DNA from: Takakia lepidozioides
Lineage: Eukaryota > Plantae > Bryophyta
Reading direction: 5' to 3'
NCBI GenBank assembly: GCA_030704615.1
Contig: CM060731.1
Location: 54,126,001-54,190,000 of the forward strand
DNA length: 64,000 nt
The notes beneath the pieces were generated by a model that had not been told where the DNA came from, did not search any database, and saw only the letters and a program-made list of their open reading frames with translations. Numbering within the stretch: the first letter of the stretch is position 1; each line of letters starts with the position of its first letter. Shown here in pieces: positions 23,860-36,113 of the stretch. The position numbers were made by a program, and so were the translations under genes.

Positions 23860-26800
23860 CGGTCGGCTGGGGTCCAAGTTCCTCAATGCCAAGACCTGCA
23901 ATGATGTTTTCACCTGCACAGGTTCATTGCAATCCCCTTATATATGTAAGGATGATTAATAGATACAAATATTTCTCTGTAAACAAGTCCATAACCTATT
24001 GATGGAAAGATTTGTAGATGTGACTCAGGCGTGGCCTCCACATCGTATCTTAAATGACCGTGACCAATGCTGACGCATAGCTAGTGAAAAAGGAAGAAAC
24101 AAAACTGTGGCTGCCTACCAGATGTCTGCTTGGCTTTCGATATGGCTGAACCACTGGAAGACCCAATGGGGTCGTCCATTTCACAGTCTCCCCACCTGAA
24201 GCGATAATCTGTATGACGAAATCACAAACAATTTATCAACTGTCTTGATTCAAAGTCTACAGTCTCTGAACTCTGTTGGAAACATCCATGCTGAGCAGAA
24301 TTAAGAGGGATGAAGAAAAAGGAAGGGATGCTGAGGGCATGAACCCAACAGCATGGCTCCATTCAGGCTGGCCTACAGGTAATTTTGTCTTTAATAGTTT
24401 TCAAGACTCAAGACCTTCAAATAGGGAAGGGTTCCACCTTAGCACAATCTCCCAGCCAGCTCATGATGCAACGTGCCTCTTTGAACATTGCACTCAATGC
24501 CTCCAGTGTTACCTTCACATTCAAACCACCAGTCATCTGTCCATTTTCAAACAATCCCCAAACCCAAAGTGTTCCTTGGGCTAATAAATTGACCTGGTCC
24601 TAAGCTTGTGGTATGACACACACTAGAAAGCTACCAGAAGAAATACTGCATGAGGGTCTTTGTAAGCATTTCTCAGCATGCTCTCAAGAACCAATACCTC
24701 ACAGAACACAAAAGAAATTAGCAAGGCAAAGATGTGTAAGGTGTGACTACCTTGGCAGCATAACAAGCTGCACGGTACATGTCTAATTGGTTAGTTATGG
24801 TGCCCCTCTCCTTCAATCTAGTTAAGATTTGCATGCGAGCGCCCACATATGTTACTCCATACACTGATGTCATGACTGTCTGCTTCACAAGTTTTCGATC
24901 AATCTGCACATGGCGCATAATTTGGTGGATGTTGGGAATTCAAAAGCCCTAAGAGGCACAATGCTGATCTTCTTCATATTTGTCCAAACTCCTACGATTG
25001 GATTCCGCCAGACTTGCACCTATGGTATTAGCGTCATCATGGAGACACAACATTATCACATCAACAGGTCATAACTGCATGCTGATTGTACCTTGTAGTC
25101 AGCAAGTTGTCAGGATCTTGAAAACTGATATACCTGCCCAAGCAGAAGCCTGGCATTAGCCGCATTTCGATTCGTCGAAGGGTCTTTGAGTGCATCCTTC
25201 TCCATTACTTTTCGCACCCTGTTTGACCGGCTGTGGATCATTAGCTACAAAACTGCCACTCTCTGAGTCATCTCATGCAAGCAATCAGCAAGCCATGTCT
25301 GTCCACACTTTGATGCATACGTAACTAACACTTTCCTCCCTGCGGATATTATGAGGTTCTCTGTCACAATCTACTGTTTCCATCAGTGCTCTGAGATTCC
25401 ATGGACATCATTTCCTTCTTCTGTATTTTTCCTTTCCCTCTCTCTGCTTATGGCCAAGTTGTGCAGCAGGCCTGCTTCGACATGGTGTTTGCAAGCATTG
25501 GGTCTCATATACCCTGGTGACCTAACATTCTACAACCCACTCCAGCAGGCTTCATATCCTGCAGGCAGCATTCATCTGTAGCCAACATTCACAGGGAATG
25601 GTCAATTACCGCATCTCCTCTCTTTCTCCCTCTCAAGTGATTTGTTGTTGTTCTATGTCCTGACTTCATGACGTTACTTCATTCTCTCCCCCTTTGAGCA
25701 GATAATGTTAACAACAGCCTTGGCATGCCAAAAGACAACTGGAAACGTAAGTCTCTCCTGTCTTTTAGTGATGCAATGATTTCTTTTCTCTCTCTCTGGT
25801 GTCCTGTTGCTGTATATTTCTTGTTCTTTCAGGGACTCAAGGACTACCTTGAGGACCTTGCCATACCAGGCGCTCCACTTTAAGGGTGGGCGTCAAAGAC
25901 CACAAGGTACTACAAGGATGATCCGCTGAGTGATTCATATTCCCTCCCAAGCTCATTCCAAACCCCACCACCTCCCCCTCCCTCCCTTCGATTTATTCAG
26001 GAACTGACTGCTATGGGCACATACATAGCCTGCTAATGTATCTTTTCCATTTTGATTGAGAGAACTTGTCCTGTATATTTTCACAAAGTCTTTAGTATAT
26101 GCAGTTGTGAATCGCAACAGGCTTATACCTGGCAGCAATACCCGAGTACACATCTGCGGGCCGGTCTCCTGCAATCAGGTTAACTGACTCAGCTCCAACC
26201 TGGATGGCATACATACTGCACTGGTCAGATTGTGGCCTCCTACCGGACTCTTGTTACTTCATATCGTCCAGGAGTGGGGGAGGGACTGAACAAGAAAGGC
26301 AGCAGAGAAGAACATAAAAGCTGTCCTTTCTGCCAAATGAAGCATCTTATGGGGTTCATATGAGCATCTACAAGAAAATTAGAACTTCTAGTTAGTTGAA
26401 TACAGTGATACCATTGAAAAGAATGAAGCTGAACTACCACATGGGATGTGCCCGCAGAGAACCATCTGACTTAACGGGCAGAAACAGGCAGCATAGAGAT
26501 CAAGAGGCCCTAGTAAGGTTGCTCACTCGATCTCGCCCCAAAGCTGCATAATGCTGCAAGCCATTGCAGGAACCATCCTGTTTAAAATGAAGAGGCAATG
26601 CCCGGCTAGTCATGCTCATATAATATGTTAACATTCTTAATTGTCCAGAATAGCATCAACATACGTAAAATACCAGAATCCAGACCCGTACTTATTCAAC
26701 TGGACCTCTGCGAATACCACCCACCTGAAGAAGGATCAGGCACATCAGACAACATCCTACATAGAAACAAATCATTAGAAGTTGCATTGATACCCTCAGT

Positions 26801-29800
26801 GCTATCACATAACTTGACTAGAAACTGAAAGTCAACTTCACCTTCCACGCTATGCTGGCAAGTATAAGATTTTAATGGAGTCTGCCTTCCAGGTTATCAG
26901 GCCACGCACTGCAGATATCTTACACTGTCCATGAAAGTAGTCTCATTGGACATGGTACACAGGGAACATGATCGCTATAAATCCAATCTCAGTCAACCAT
27001 GAAAAGAAAATGTAATGGATTGAAGCGATATAAAAAGTTTGCGATCGAGATGTCATGTGTGGAAGTTGCAATATTATAATTACCTGGTGCACTGGTAAAT
27101 AAGATATAAAAGTTTCAGGGTTGCCTGACGCAATTGCATCTTGTAACTCCCTACATGTCGCCAAGCATTGGAAAGGGTCCTCAGCCTCCAGCCACCACCG
27201 CTGCCCGTCCAAGGGTCTTTCAACAGAATCAAAAATGCTGTCCATGTGGCTGTCCACATGGGCTATGCGACCCTCAAAAGAAAGTTTCCCCACTGTCCCA
27301 CCATACAGGTTTGCCAGGTGTATCTTCAACCAGCGCAGCCCATTGGGACCCAGTGGCCGGCCTTCAGAAAACAGAAGGATACCGCGACACACGTCAGACC
27401 CCAAGTGGTTGAGATGGGGGTGCATTGGATATGCCCGCCCCCGAAAATCTAGATTGTGAGGATAATAGAAGGCTGCTTCGTCCCGTAACCTTCTCGCCAC
27501 CTGCACTCACAGTTTCCAGTATAAAATGAGAAAACTACCTGGTTCGGAGAACACTTCCTTTCCTTGATCCATGGACATAATACTCCAACATTGTATCATG
27601 AGACCAGCGCGATTCCTAGTAATGAAAGCCCTAATGAAGCCAGGGTGTTTCAATTTCAAAGGTTGAACAAACTAGTGACATTTTGTAAAAGTCCAACAAA
27701 TTGCATGTCCACCCAAAGAGTCATGGAGAACAACACCTATCTCCATGATGCCCACAATTGTTAACAGACAGACTTGAGCCAGAATCATTTCGTGGACCTT
27801 GGGCTGACATAAACTTCAGCTCACATAACATGCCAACAAAAGCCTATCATATAGAACAAAAAACACCCTATGGTGTTAATATACATTAGATAACACTGTG
27901 GCATCAGGAATCATAGGGGAAATGGCCAAAAACTATACCTCAAGCTTCAGTTCCATGTCACAGCGTAGGGAGTGGCGCTCACTGTTTGTGCGCTTCGCTA
28001 TGGCGTTGTCCCTTCTCCAGCTCTTCAATTCATCCTCACTCTCTGTCTGGGGTTTTTCTGGCAGCGGAACCTGTAATTAAAACACAACCAGAACACCATG
28101 CATCTCAGCTAAGCATTTTCTATCTTACATCCCCGCACCAGGTTTGAGCGGAACAGAAAATACCTTTGTCAGGGGCTGAAACCGGTAGTATGACTTACAT
28201 TGAAACAAACAATGATCCGAGTTTTCCAGATATCCTCTAGAAATCCCTTCACACAAACATCAATCTGCTGTATGTGATTTGCCCAATAACTAGACCCCAA
28301 AAGGACCTGGGCTTTTGGCTCAGCCTCGAGATTTTCGAAGTTGGTAAACAGAGGTACAGGAACAATTCCCTGGATGGATAGAGCGTGTCTCTCTGGTGAG
28401 AGTACGCAGGACAAAGCATCAGAAAGTGGATATTGTCTTCAGGTTGCCCACACAACTGGCAGTTGCAATCCCCCTTTCCTCTCTGAGTCTGTTTGCTGTT
28501 CAAAACTAGGCTTCCTGCCCTGAGTTTATAATTCAGTCTAGTGCTGAGAGTGGGTAGAGCCTTGAGGTCATCCATGATGGCCTCACCCATGTCACAGACT
28601 GGAAACAAGTTCAGGAAGTTTTCTGCCTAACTTCATTTAAGCAGTCTGAGCGAATCTGTGAAGAAACAGACACAATCACATCAAGAGCTTTGCCATATGT
28701 TGCAGTCTTTCTTCAGACTGAACCAAAGTATATCAATGTGAGACCCTAGAAAACTCTGAACTTACATTTGAGAGGTAAGCAAAGATAGTCACATCCAAGG
28801 GTATAAAGAGCATAAGGAGATTAAGTATGAACACGGGAAGACTCAGCCAAGACATACTTTTAGCATTCAAATCATAAGCCATAAAAAATACAAAAATAGA
28901 GACACTAACTAACGTAAGTGGGCTGAAAAAGCTCCCCAATTAAAGACTTAAGAAGTCTGTTCTGATCATTCTTCAGACTGAACCAAAGTAGCACATTGAA
29001 AAATCATTTAGGCCACTTAATGAATGAACTTACAAGAGAGATGAAGGGTCCCAGTGCTTAGAAAATCAACAATGTAGTCACAATGGAACACTCACATCCA
29101 TTGCATCAACCAGGTCTGCCAAGCGTCCACCCTCTTTCCAAATTTCCTCCACCACGTCCAGGACACCTCTATTGATTTTCCACCCTGTCTCACCCAAAGT
29201 ATCAAGTGCCTGCATAACTCCAATGTGGCATCCCAGACTCATTGCCGATTGTAACAGATGTTTTGAATTGTATATAAGTCAGTCTAAAACGATTTGCTCC
29301 TACTTGCTGCTGGCAACTCTAGAGTTGCACGTGTCAATCCTTCTCGAAAACAGAGGGTGGTAAGCAAAATTTCTGAGGTGTTTCCAATCCAAAAATGCTC
29401 AGCAAAAATTGTCTGCTATATGATATTGGGAGGGGTAAGAGTAGAGGTTGAATAGAGCAAACTTTACCTACCTAGAGACTTTGGCCATTGTATTCCTGAC
29501 ATGACAGAGCATGCATACCTTTGCAACCTTCTTCATGTTTTTCCGAGGGGTGTTGTTGATGGTCTCACGTTGCTCTCGGGCCCCATGTGTCCGCATGATG
29601 GAGGACGTCAGATACAAATAACCCCCGTCGCTGAACCTACCAATTCAGAGTCACAAAGTCAACATAACCCTGCAACTCATGATAAGTCCAAAACACTCAG
29701 ATAAAGATCAAACATGATATGGAAAAGCCATGCAAAAGCGTACAGGTCAAACTAGTACTGTACACATGCCATCACTGCCCATATTGACTTCCGTCTCCTT

Positions 29801-32800
29801 AACAGCTCCCTAGAAATCCCCAGCCTGCGCTAAACTGGCAGCATCCTTGTAAGTGTATCTTTCCTTTTCTCTGCGTGACTCTCTTTCTTCTGTTATCTTC
29901 TACTCAGTCCCATGGGCCCTCTTGGCCGTGACCAATATAGATCTATTCTTCTTTTCTTCTGTATATTTCTTTATTAGAGGAAACTGATGGCTTACCCCAT
30001 CCATTGCCGAGGCTTCACCAACATGGGCATGTATGGCATCACCATGTGCTTTACCTGCCATTGCATACCTTCAGAACTCTACGAGATAATTGAAGATATG
30101 AGCAAGAATAAACTGATGTGACTGTGGTAAAGTGACAATAAGACAGAGAGATACTCACCGCTTTGTCAATCTCTTTCATTACCAGGGGATCACATTCTAT
30201 AACGCCATACAAACGGTTCACACTGCAGATAGAAACAAGCACCCTCTTATCAGTCGTTGCAAAAAAAGCATGGCAAATGGGACAACTGAAGGGTCTTGCC
30301 CAGGATTCTTTACTTGGTTCTTTCCCTCTGGTAGAACTCATTGCATAGCCAAGGGTGGAAATCACCTGCAGCTGGACAATCATATCCAACCCGCTAAATA
30401 GCTGAGTGACGTGCATGGGCATGAAGCCCTCCCTCAGCCATGACTTGCAGAGACAATGACTGACCTATGATAATGGAAAGCTCTGCATGACTACATTACG
30501 TAGCACCAGTAGTAACATTACCTGCTGCGCACAGGGTAGTTCTTTATCGTGTGCTTGAATGCTGGTCGCAAATCGGTCATGTCATCACCAGCTTGATTGG
30601 CAGGTGCTGGGACTACTGCAGTATCTAACATCAGCTCTAGCAACCTGCTCCCAACCTGCACAGATATTGATTGACCATCTGACGTCAGAATTTTTTTTGC
30701 CAGGTGATCCTTCATCCCTGAGAAGACCTCTCCAATGCATAATGGACTTTGAAGCAGCAAATGAAATTACATGATTAGTGTACGGAGCTGGGTAGGTAGA
30801 TCTCCCGAATTTTCAACAAGAAAACATAATATCATGAAGGTAAATGAGAGAATACATATTAGAGTGCAGCCTTATATCTTAGAGAATCGATTACAAGACT
30901 TAAGGAATTGTTCAGTTCTAGAGCGCATGAGAAAAAATACTGAACTTCTAGGGCACCGGGAAGACTCAGCTAAGAAACAGATTTAGCAATCAAATGAGAC
31001 CATTGCAAAAGCATGGGGACAAGAAAATCACCTTACAAAGCAAAAAGCAGAAACTTTGAAGAAATCACAAAGTATGAAGAGAAAAGGGGAAAACCTGAAC
31101 CAGAAAGATGAAGATGAAGATAAGATTATAATACAGGACTCAGTCATTGGAGCATTGTTGTCACAGTGTTGCTAAGAATATAAGCCAGCTTGTTTGCTTA
31201 CCTTGACCTGAATTGCAGAGCCCCAGGGCTCCTCACCACTGCTCTGTTTCAAGATTCTCGCAACTGCACGTAGCTTTTGGGCTTTCACCAGTCTCTTCAC
31301 TTTTTCTTTCAGCGTTTTAGATTGAAGTTCAGCCAGCTTATTGGCCTCCAGTTCAATGTCGGTAAGTGCTACCTCACCCTGATCAATAAAAGCTTCGCCT
31401 CCAGGCGTCGCTCGCTTTTTCTTCCTTTTCTTCTTTTTACTGTTCATCAGCTTGAATATCCTCACCTGGACAAAAGGCAAAACCATAGTCTTTTTAAGGT
31501 CCTATGTTCACCATCAAATTTCTCATCTGATTCAGGGGAATTTGATATCTCTGAGGACCAGACCTGCATCAATGTCTCCAAGTGACATTTGGGGTCTTTC
31601 GACATGATTTTGTTGGGTTCTGTTGTAGTTCTAGTTGTCGCCTGGCTCTCTGGACCCCTCCTGGAGATACTAGATCACCTTTTTCCTCTCTCCCATCTGT
31701 CGACTACCATATATTCTTAACAGAGTTGACAGCAGTGCAACTACAGCACCATGTGTCAAATCTGCCATAGGCTAGATGGCTAGGCAAGCAGTGCTGAATC
31801 AATGTCATACTTTCCATTGTGAAAGCCCATAAGAAGAAAAACTTTATAATGTCCACAAGGGCCCTGACGGCCCATGGAGAAGAGAAAGGAAGGACAAAAG
31901 AAACAAACTTTATAACGTCCACCATGGGTCCTCAGTGCAAAAAATCATCACCAGACGACGAAGTGCCTCTGAAAAAGACACATAACTTTACACCATTCAG
32001 ACAAGGAACAGAAAGACGTGGGACCATGCTTGCCGCAGCCTTGTGACTCTGACAAACTTCCCAGTTTGCCGTTTCCCAAAGCCAGGGGACACAACACTCA
32101 CACAACAAACACACAAGGTATGCTTGTGATGGCCTCGTGCAGTACCTCCTGTTCAACAGCTTCACCAATTTGCATAGCTGCATGTACCACCTTGACACAG
32201 CCACCTTCCTGATCCTTCATGAGCAGCCCCATCATCCGGTGCATAGTTATTACAGTTAGCATTTCAGCTGGCAACTGGCAAAGAAATGGGCCAAAAATTG
32301 ACCGGTGTTCCCGAAACTCCTTTCTTTCATAGGCTTTTTGCTCCGCTGCAATTGCATCCCTGCAAAAATGGAAACCTTGTATCTCAGACTTACAAGGCCT
32401 CTTTAAACTGCAGTTGCACTCGCCCTTAAGCCTTGCAGCCCATGCCACTTTGGATGGAGGAGGAAATGGTTTAAGAGGCTGAAAGGTTTAAAGAGACATG
32501 AGACATGAAGAAGGGGTCCAGCTACTAGCTCTGTTGAGGACAACCACCATCCAAGGGTTACAACAGCTCTAGGAAAAGGACAGACATGCTAACTTATAGC
32601 TTTGCGGCGGAAAACTCTGGAGTTAAAAGGATTTGTTATCGAGTTGGTCTGGTACAAGCTACTGAAAGTAAGTAAACCTGCACCAATCCACAAGTGATCC
32701 TTTGCAACACAGGTATTCAAGAAAATCTGTGAAGTTCGTCAACACCAAATGACTGTACCTGAGGGGCTCAAACCAACCCAGCAGCAAGGATTGGGCAAAT

Positions 32801-33480
32801 GGTAAATTGGGGGCCAGATTCTTGCGACACATTGCCACCATGAGCTCCTTGTAATCTGCTGCTGCTTGCTGCCATGCCTCTGTCTCTATCTTTAACTGCC
32901 TTTTATATAATTTATCCTGCTGCTTCTTAATCTTCTTCTTTTCTTTGTCTGATTGTGTCTTGAAGCCTTCCTTGCTGGGTCCATTATGAACCCCAGATTC
33001 AGAGTTCTCATGTTCCTCGATGTGAGAATCTTCTACTGCTTCAGCGGCGCTGGCAAATGTTCGATTGTATTCTACAGTAGCCCTGCCCCTAAACTTGAAC
33101 CTTGGATCCCTGCTAGGATGGCTTACATCCACTGAGCCAGTCTGCCAGAACTGTGGCAGCCATGGCAGCTCCAAAACACTCAAAAGTGCTGCATCAAGCG
33201 TCTCTTCCAATGGTGTATGAAGCTGAGACAAGGAGGTCGCTGGGGGGGTACCAAAGGGTACAACACAGCTGTCATGCGATGGCTGGAGTCGCCACCCTGC
33301 CTCTATGACACACTCCAACTCAGGGACCCTCTGTAATAATTGCCCTGCAGCAGCCACTGAACTAGCTGACCTCTGATGACCGGAATTCAGTGGAACTAAC
33401 AAATATTTGGGTCCAATCCGAGCTCTACCCGCTCGCTCCAGTCTTTGTCTTGAAAGCTGCCACACTGCTGCCCTCCACAT
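22010..33480 (-). CDS. RpoT: Phage-type (T3/T7-like) single-subunit organellar RNA polymerase, 20 exons, ~1048 aa
   Basis: Exons 33480-32759, 32359-32146, 31465-31202, 30655-30522, 30222-30159, 30054-29996, 29636-29519, 29209-29096, 28070-27939, 27500-27084, 26577-26527, 26199-26129, 25218-25134, 24903-24751, 24512-24438, 24208-24119, 23913-23860, 23548-23434, 22791-22688, 22120-22010; all GT-AG and in frame. Motifs [54 protein letters not shown]-terminal YFFN. Confidence 0.96.
23738..23858. repeat. (TG)n/(GA)n microsatellite with an embedded ~30-nt LINE 3' tail
   Basis: gtgtgt..gagagagatgtactcataagacgttgtttgccgtagcctagagaga... Confidence 0.85.
28130..28640 (-). mobile_element. LINE family-1 3' remnant in an RpoT intron
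   Basis: ORFs 28249..28608 and 28169..28414 ([20 protein letters not shown]) are homologous to 48382..48759. Confidence 0.8.
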
Positions 33481-35084
33481 ATCGCCCTTTGTTAACTACC
33501 TATACTGTGAGAGCAGTTCCTAGGTTCCTCCAAGCTGCAAACAGCAAGAATGTCACTACCGGAACAATAGCAACTTGTACACATTGAGACACGGGAAAAT
33601 TCTAGCATCCATGTATCTCCTGATGCCTACAACATAAACATGTCATATGGAATGTTCATGTTGGAGAACGTTTAAGAACCATCCCAACCCCCTTAAACCT
33701 CTCGATGAAACGTCGATCTCAATCACAACACTTTCCCTTCCTTTCAGTCAAACCCCAGCGTTAATTCCGCAAAGCAGGAGCAATGTGAAGTTCAAAAGCA
33801 GTCCAGCATTGATGATCATTACTGATTCCCTTCGAGGGCAGTACAAACGCCAATACTGGATTCCATGGCGACAATCTGTAACTACCTATCAGCACCCTGA
33901 CAATTTGTTGCAGTGTCACCACAATATGAGTAGTCATAGCACTTCATGCAAGCTATGGAAAGGACGAATGTAGAACGTTTCCACCCTTTACTACTACCTA
34001 CAGGAAAATTAATATGTCGTGCCCGATTTCTAAAAGGGGTTGTGCATGCTGGTTGAGAGAGCAATTTCCAGTTATGCTGGTCTTATCTAACTTCTTCTTC
34101 AATTTGAGCCTTCATATTGAGCAGAAGTTGAACCCCTCTCAAACCAACCCGAACTATACCTGTGTCCATGAAACCCACCGAGCTGCACCGAACCAGCATG
34201 TTCGATACGTCCTCTTTGATGGTTGCTCAAGCATCCCTGGACTCACATTGGTCCCGACAGCGGGAGGACCTGCAACGCAAGCGAGAACTCCACCGACAAA
34301 GTAACAGCCCTCAAAGAATTCAGAATACGCTAATCATCCTTGGCACTTTCAGATCAAACCCACAATTCCATTTTTCCGAGGATTTTGCGCAACGATGGGT
34401 TCGGTCGTAAGCCTGCGAGAATTTGGCTGCCACGTCAACCGGACGGGTGACCCGATTTCCCCCAATGTGCCCGCGTGTATGCAGTGCTCGAAGTTGAAGG
34501 ACAAGTCGAGACACCAGCAGCGTAGGTGGTAGCAGGTGCTGCACATCTTGAATCATCGAGCCATAGCTTTGATTATATGCTGCCAAGACAATGATGAGTA
34601 AAGCTTCCCGCTAAGGTCGGCCCTCTTCTTGCTTAGCAACCAGGCATTACATCTTGTTCAGCATTACTTCCTAGGTAAAGTCTGCTGAATTTGTTCTTTC
34701 TCTTAGTTTGCAGGAGACAAGGCTCGCTTGTAGTGATACTGAGGGATCGCCAGAATTTTTCTTCTGCATGATCATGTCATAATCATAATCAGTACTAGTA
34801 ACAGGTCTTTGCAAGCCGCTATGAGAGGTCCATATTATAGAATTACAAGAGGAATTGTCTTTCAACGAGGATGCACTCTACCCAATTCAACTGAAGGAAA
34901 ATCCCAACCTGGTCACCAATGCTACACTAATTGGGTCCTTGTGTTGTTCTTGCTGCCAGATCAAGTTCTTGGGCTTGCAGAGAGGAACTGTTAGGACTTG
35001 TGATGAGTATCACATCAAGAGGATTTAGGGGTGTTCGGAAGCTGCCCATGCCTTGGTGCCGCGTATCTTCATCAGATATTAACA

Positions 35085-36113
35085 ATGGCAGACAGGACAC
35101 AGTGGGGATTGCTAGCCCAGCAGGGTGCATTGCTGCCTTTGGATCCGGGCCCTGCGTCTGCCTTTCTCAGGTGTTACCCATTTGGTGCATACACAACCAC
35201 ACGTACTAGTGCCGGAGCATCTTGTTTACTGGTGTGGAAGAGGCACATGGTGCGACTTGTGCAATCCATGGACATCTTGTTCCAAACCTTTCCTCATGCT
35301 TACCCTTCTCCACCTCCTATGGAATCAGGCTGGGATTCCACCTTGCAGGGCTTTCTTCGACCATCCTTGCAAGCGGCGCTTCAGAGAGCATCTGAGTTAA
35401 AAAAAGAAGAAGAGGAACTGAGCTTGACAATCCTTGCTTATGCAGCAGAAAACTCTCAGTGGGATATGAGTGTGCATGTGTCAAATTATGTGGCAAAGCC
35501 TGCAGCTCAGGCAGCCCACTTGGCAGTCATGGGACCAGGGCGCAGCCTTCCACTAGCAAAGTACTCACTATGGGCTAGCACCCGACAGGCATTAGAGCGT
35601 TTGCAACCACCAGATACAACTGAAATACTTTTGTCCAATGATGGAGACTTGCTGCTGGAGGGGTCTGTCACCAACTTCTTTGTTGTTGTGAGACTTGAGG
35701 AGAGGAATGGGAAGCAGGGAGAGCTGCGATCTAGTGGAAAAGATTGGACAAACATTGAGGTGCAAACTGCTGCAGTGACAGATGGGGTGTTACCGGGTAT
35801 AATTAGGCAGCTCGTGCTTCAGGTATGCAGGGATGAAGGCATCCCTCTCCGTGAGGTGGTGCCATCTTGGACCAGTCGGCATGCCTGGAAAGAAGCATTT
35901 GTCACAAGCAGCTTACGCTTGGTCCAATCTGTGGGATCAATCCAAATGCCAACATCATGGCAGCTGGAATGTAACAGCCCTGGGGCATTGAAGGACCGTG
36001 GTTGGATAAGTCATAGTTTAGAGATCTGTGGCAGTGTCACTCAACACATTCATAACATGGTGTTGATACGTGCTACTCAAGAGAGTTTAGGTGTTGTTGA
36101 GATTCTTAGCTAG
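35085..36113 (+). CDS. Class IV PLP-dependent aminotransferase-like protein (D-amino-acid aminotransferase/ADC-lyase superfamily), intronless, 342 aa
   Basis: GAYTTTRT, AKYSLW (PLP lysine region), LLEGSVTNFFVV, GVLPGIIRQLV, WKEAFVTSSLR; first ATG at 35085. Confidence 0.85.
   Translation: MADRTQWGLLAQQGALLPLDPGPASAFLRCYPFGAYTTTRTSAGASCLLVWKRHMVRLVQSMDILFQTFPHAYPSPPPMESGWDSTLQGFLRPSLQAALQRASELKKEEEELSLTILAYAAENSQWDMSVHVSNYVAKPAAQAAHLAVMGPGRSLPLAKYSLWASTRQALERLQPPDTTEILLSNDGDLLLEGSVTNFFVVVRLEERNGKQGELRSSGKDWTNIEVQTAAVTDGVLPGIIRQLVLQVCRDEGIPLREVVPSWTSRHAWKEAFVTSSLRLVQSVGSIQMPTSWQLECNSPGALKDRGWISHSLEICGSVTQHIHNMVLIRATQESLGVVEILS

Noticed and set aside
22010-33480. Phage or prophage origin of the T7-like polymerase
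   Set aside because: Nineteen spliceosomal introns and an N-terminal targeting region identify an ordinary nuclear RpoT.
33481-33540. Upstream in-frame start for a dual-targeting extension of RpoT
   Set aside because: An in-frame TAG lies six codons upstream of the MWR start; an extension would need an unsupported splice.
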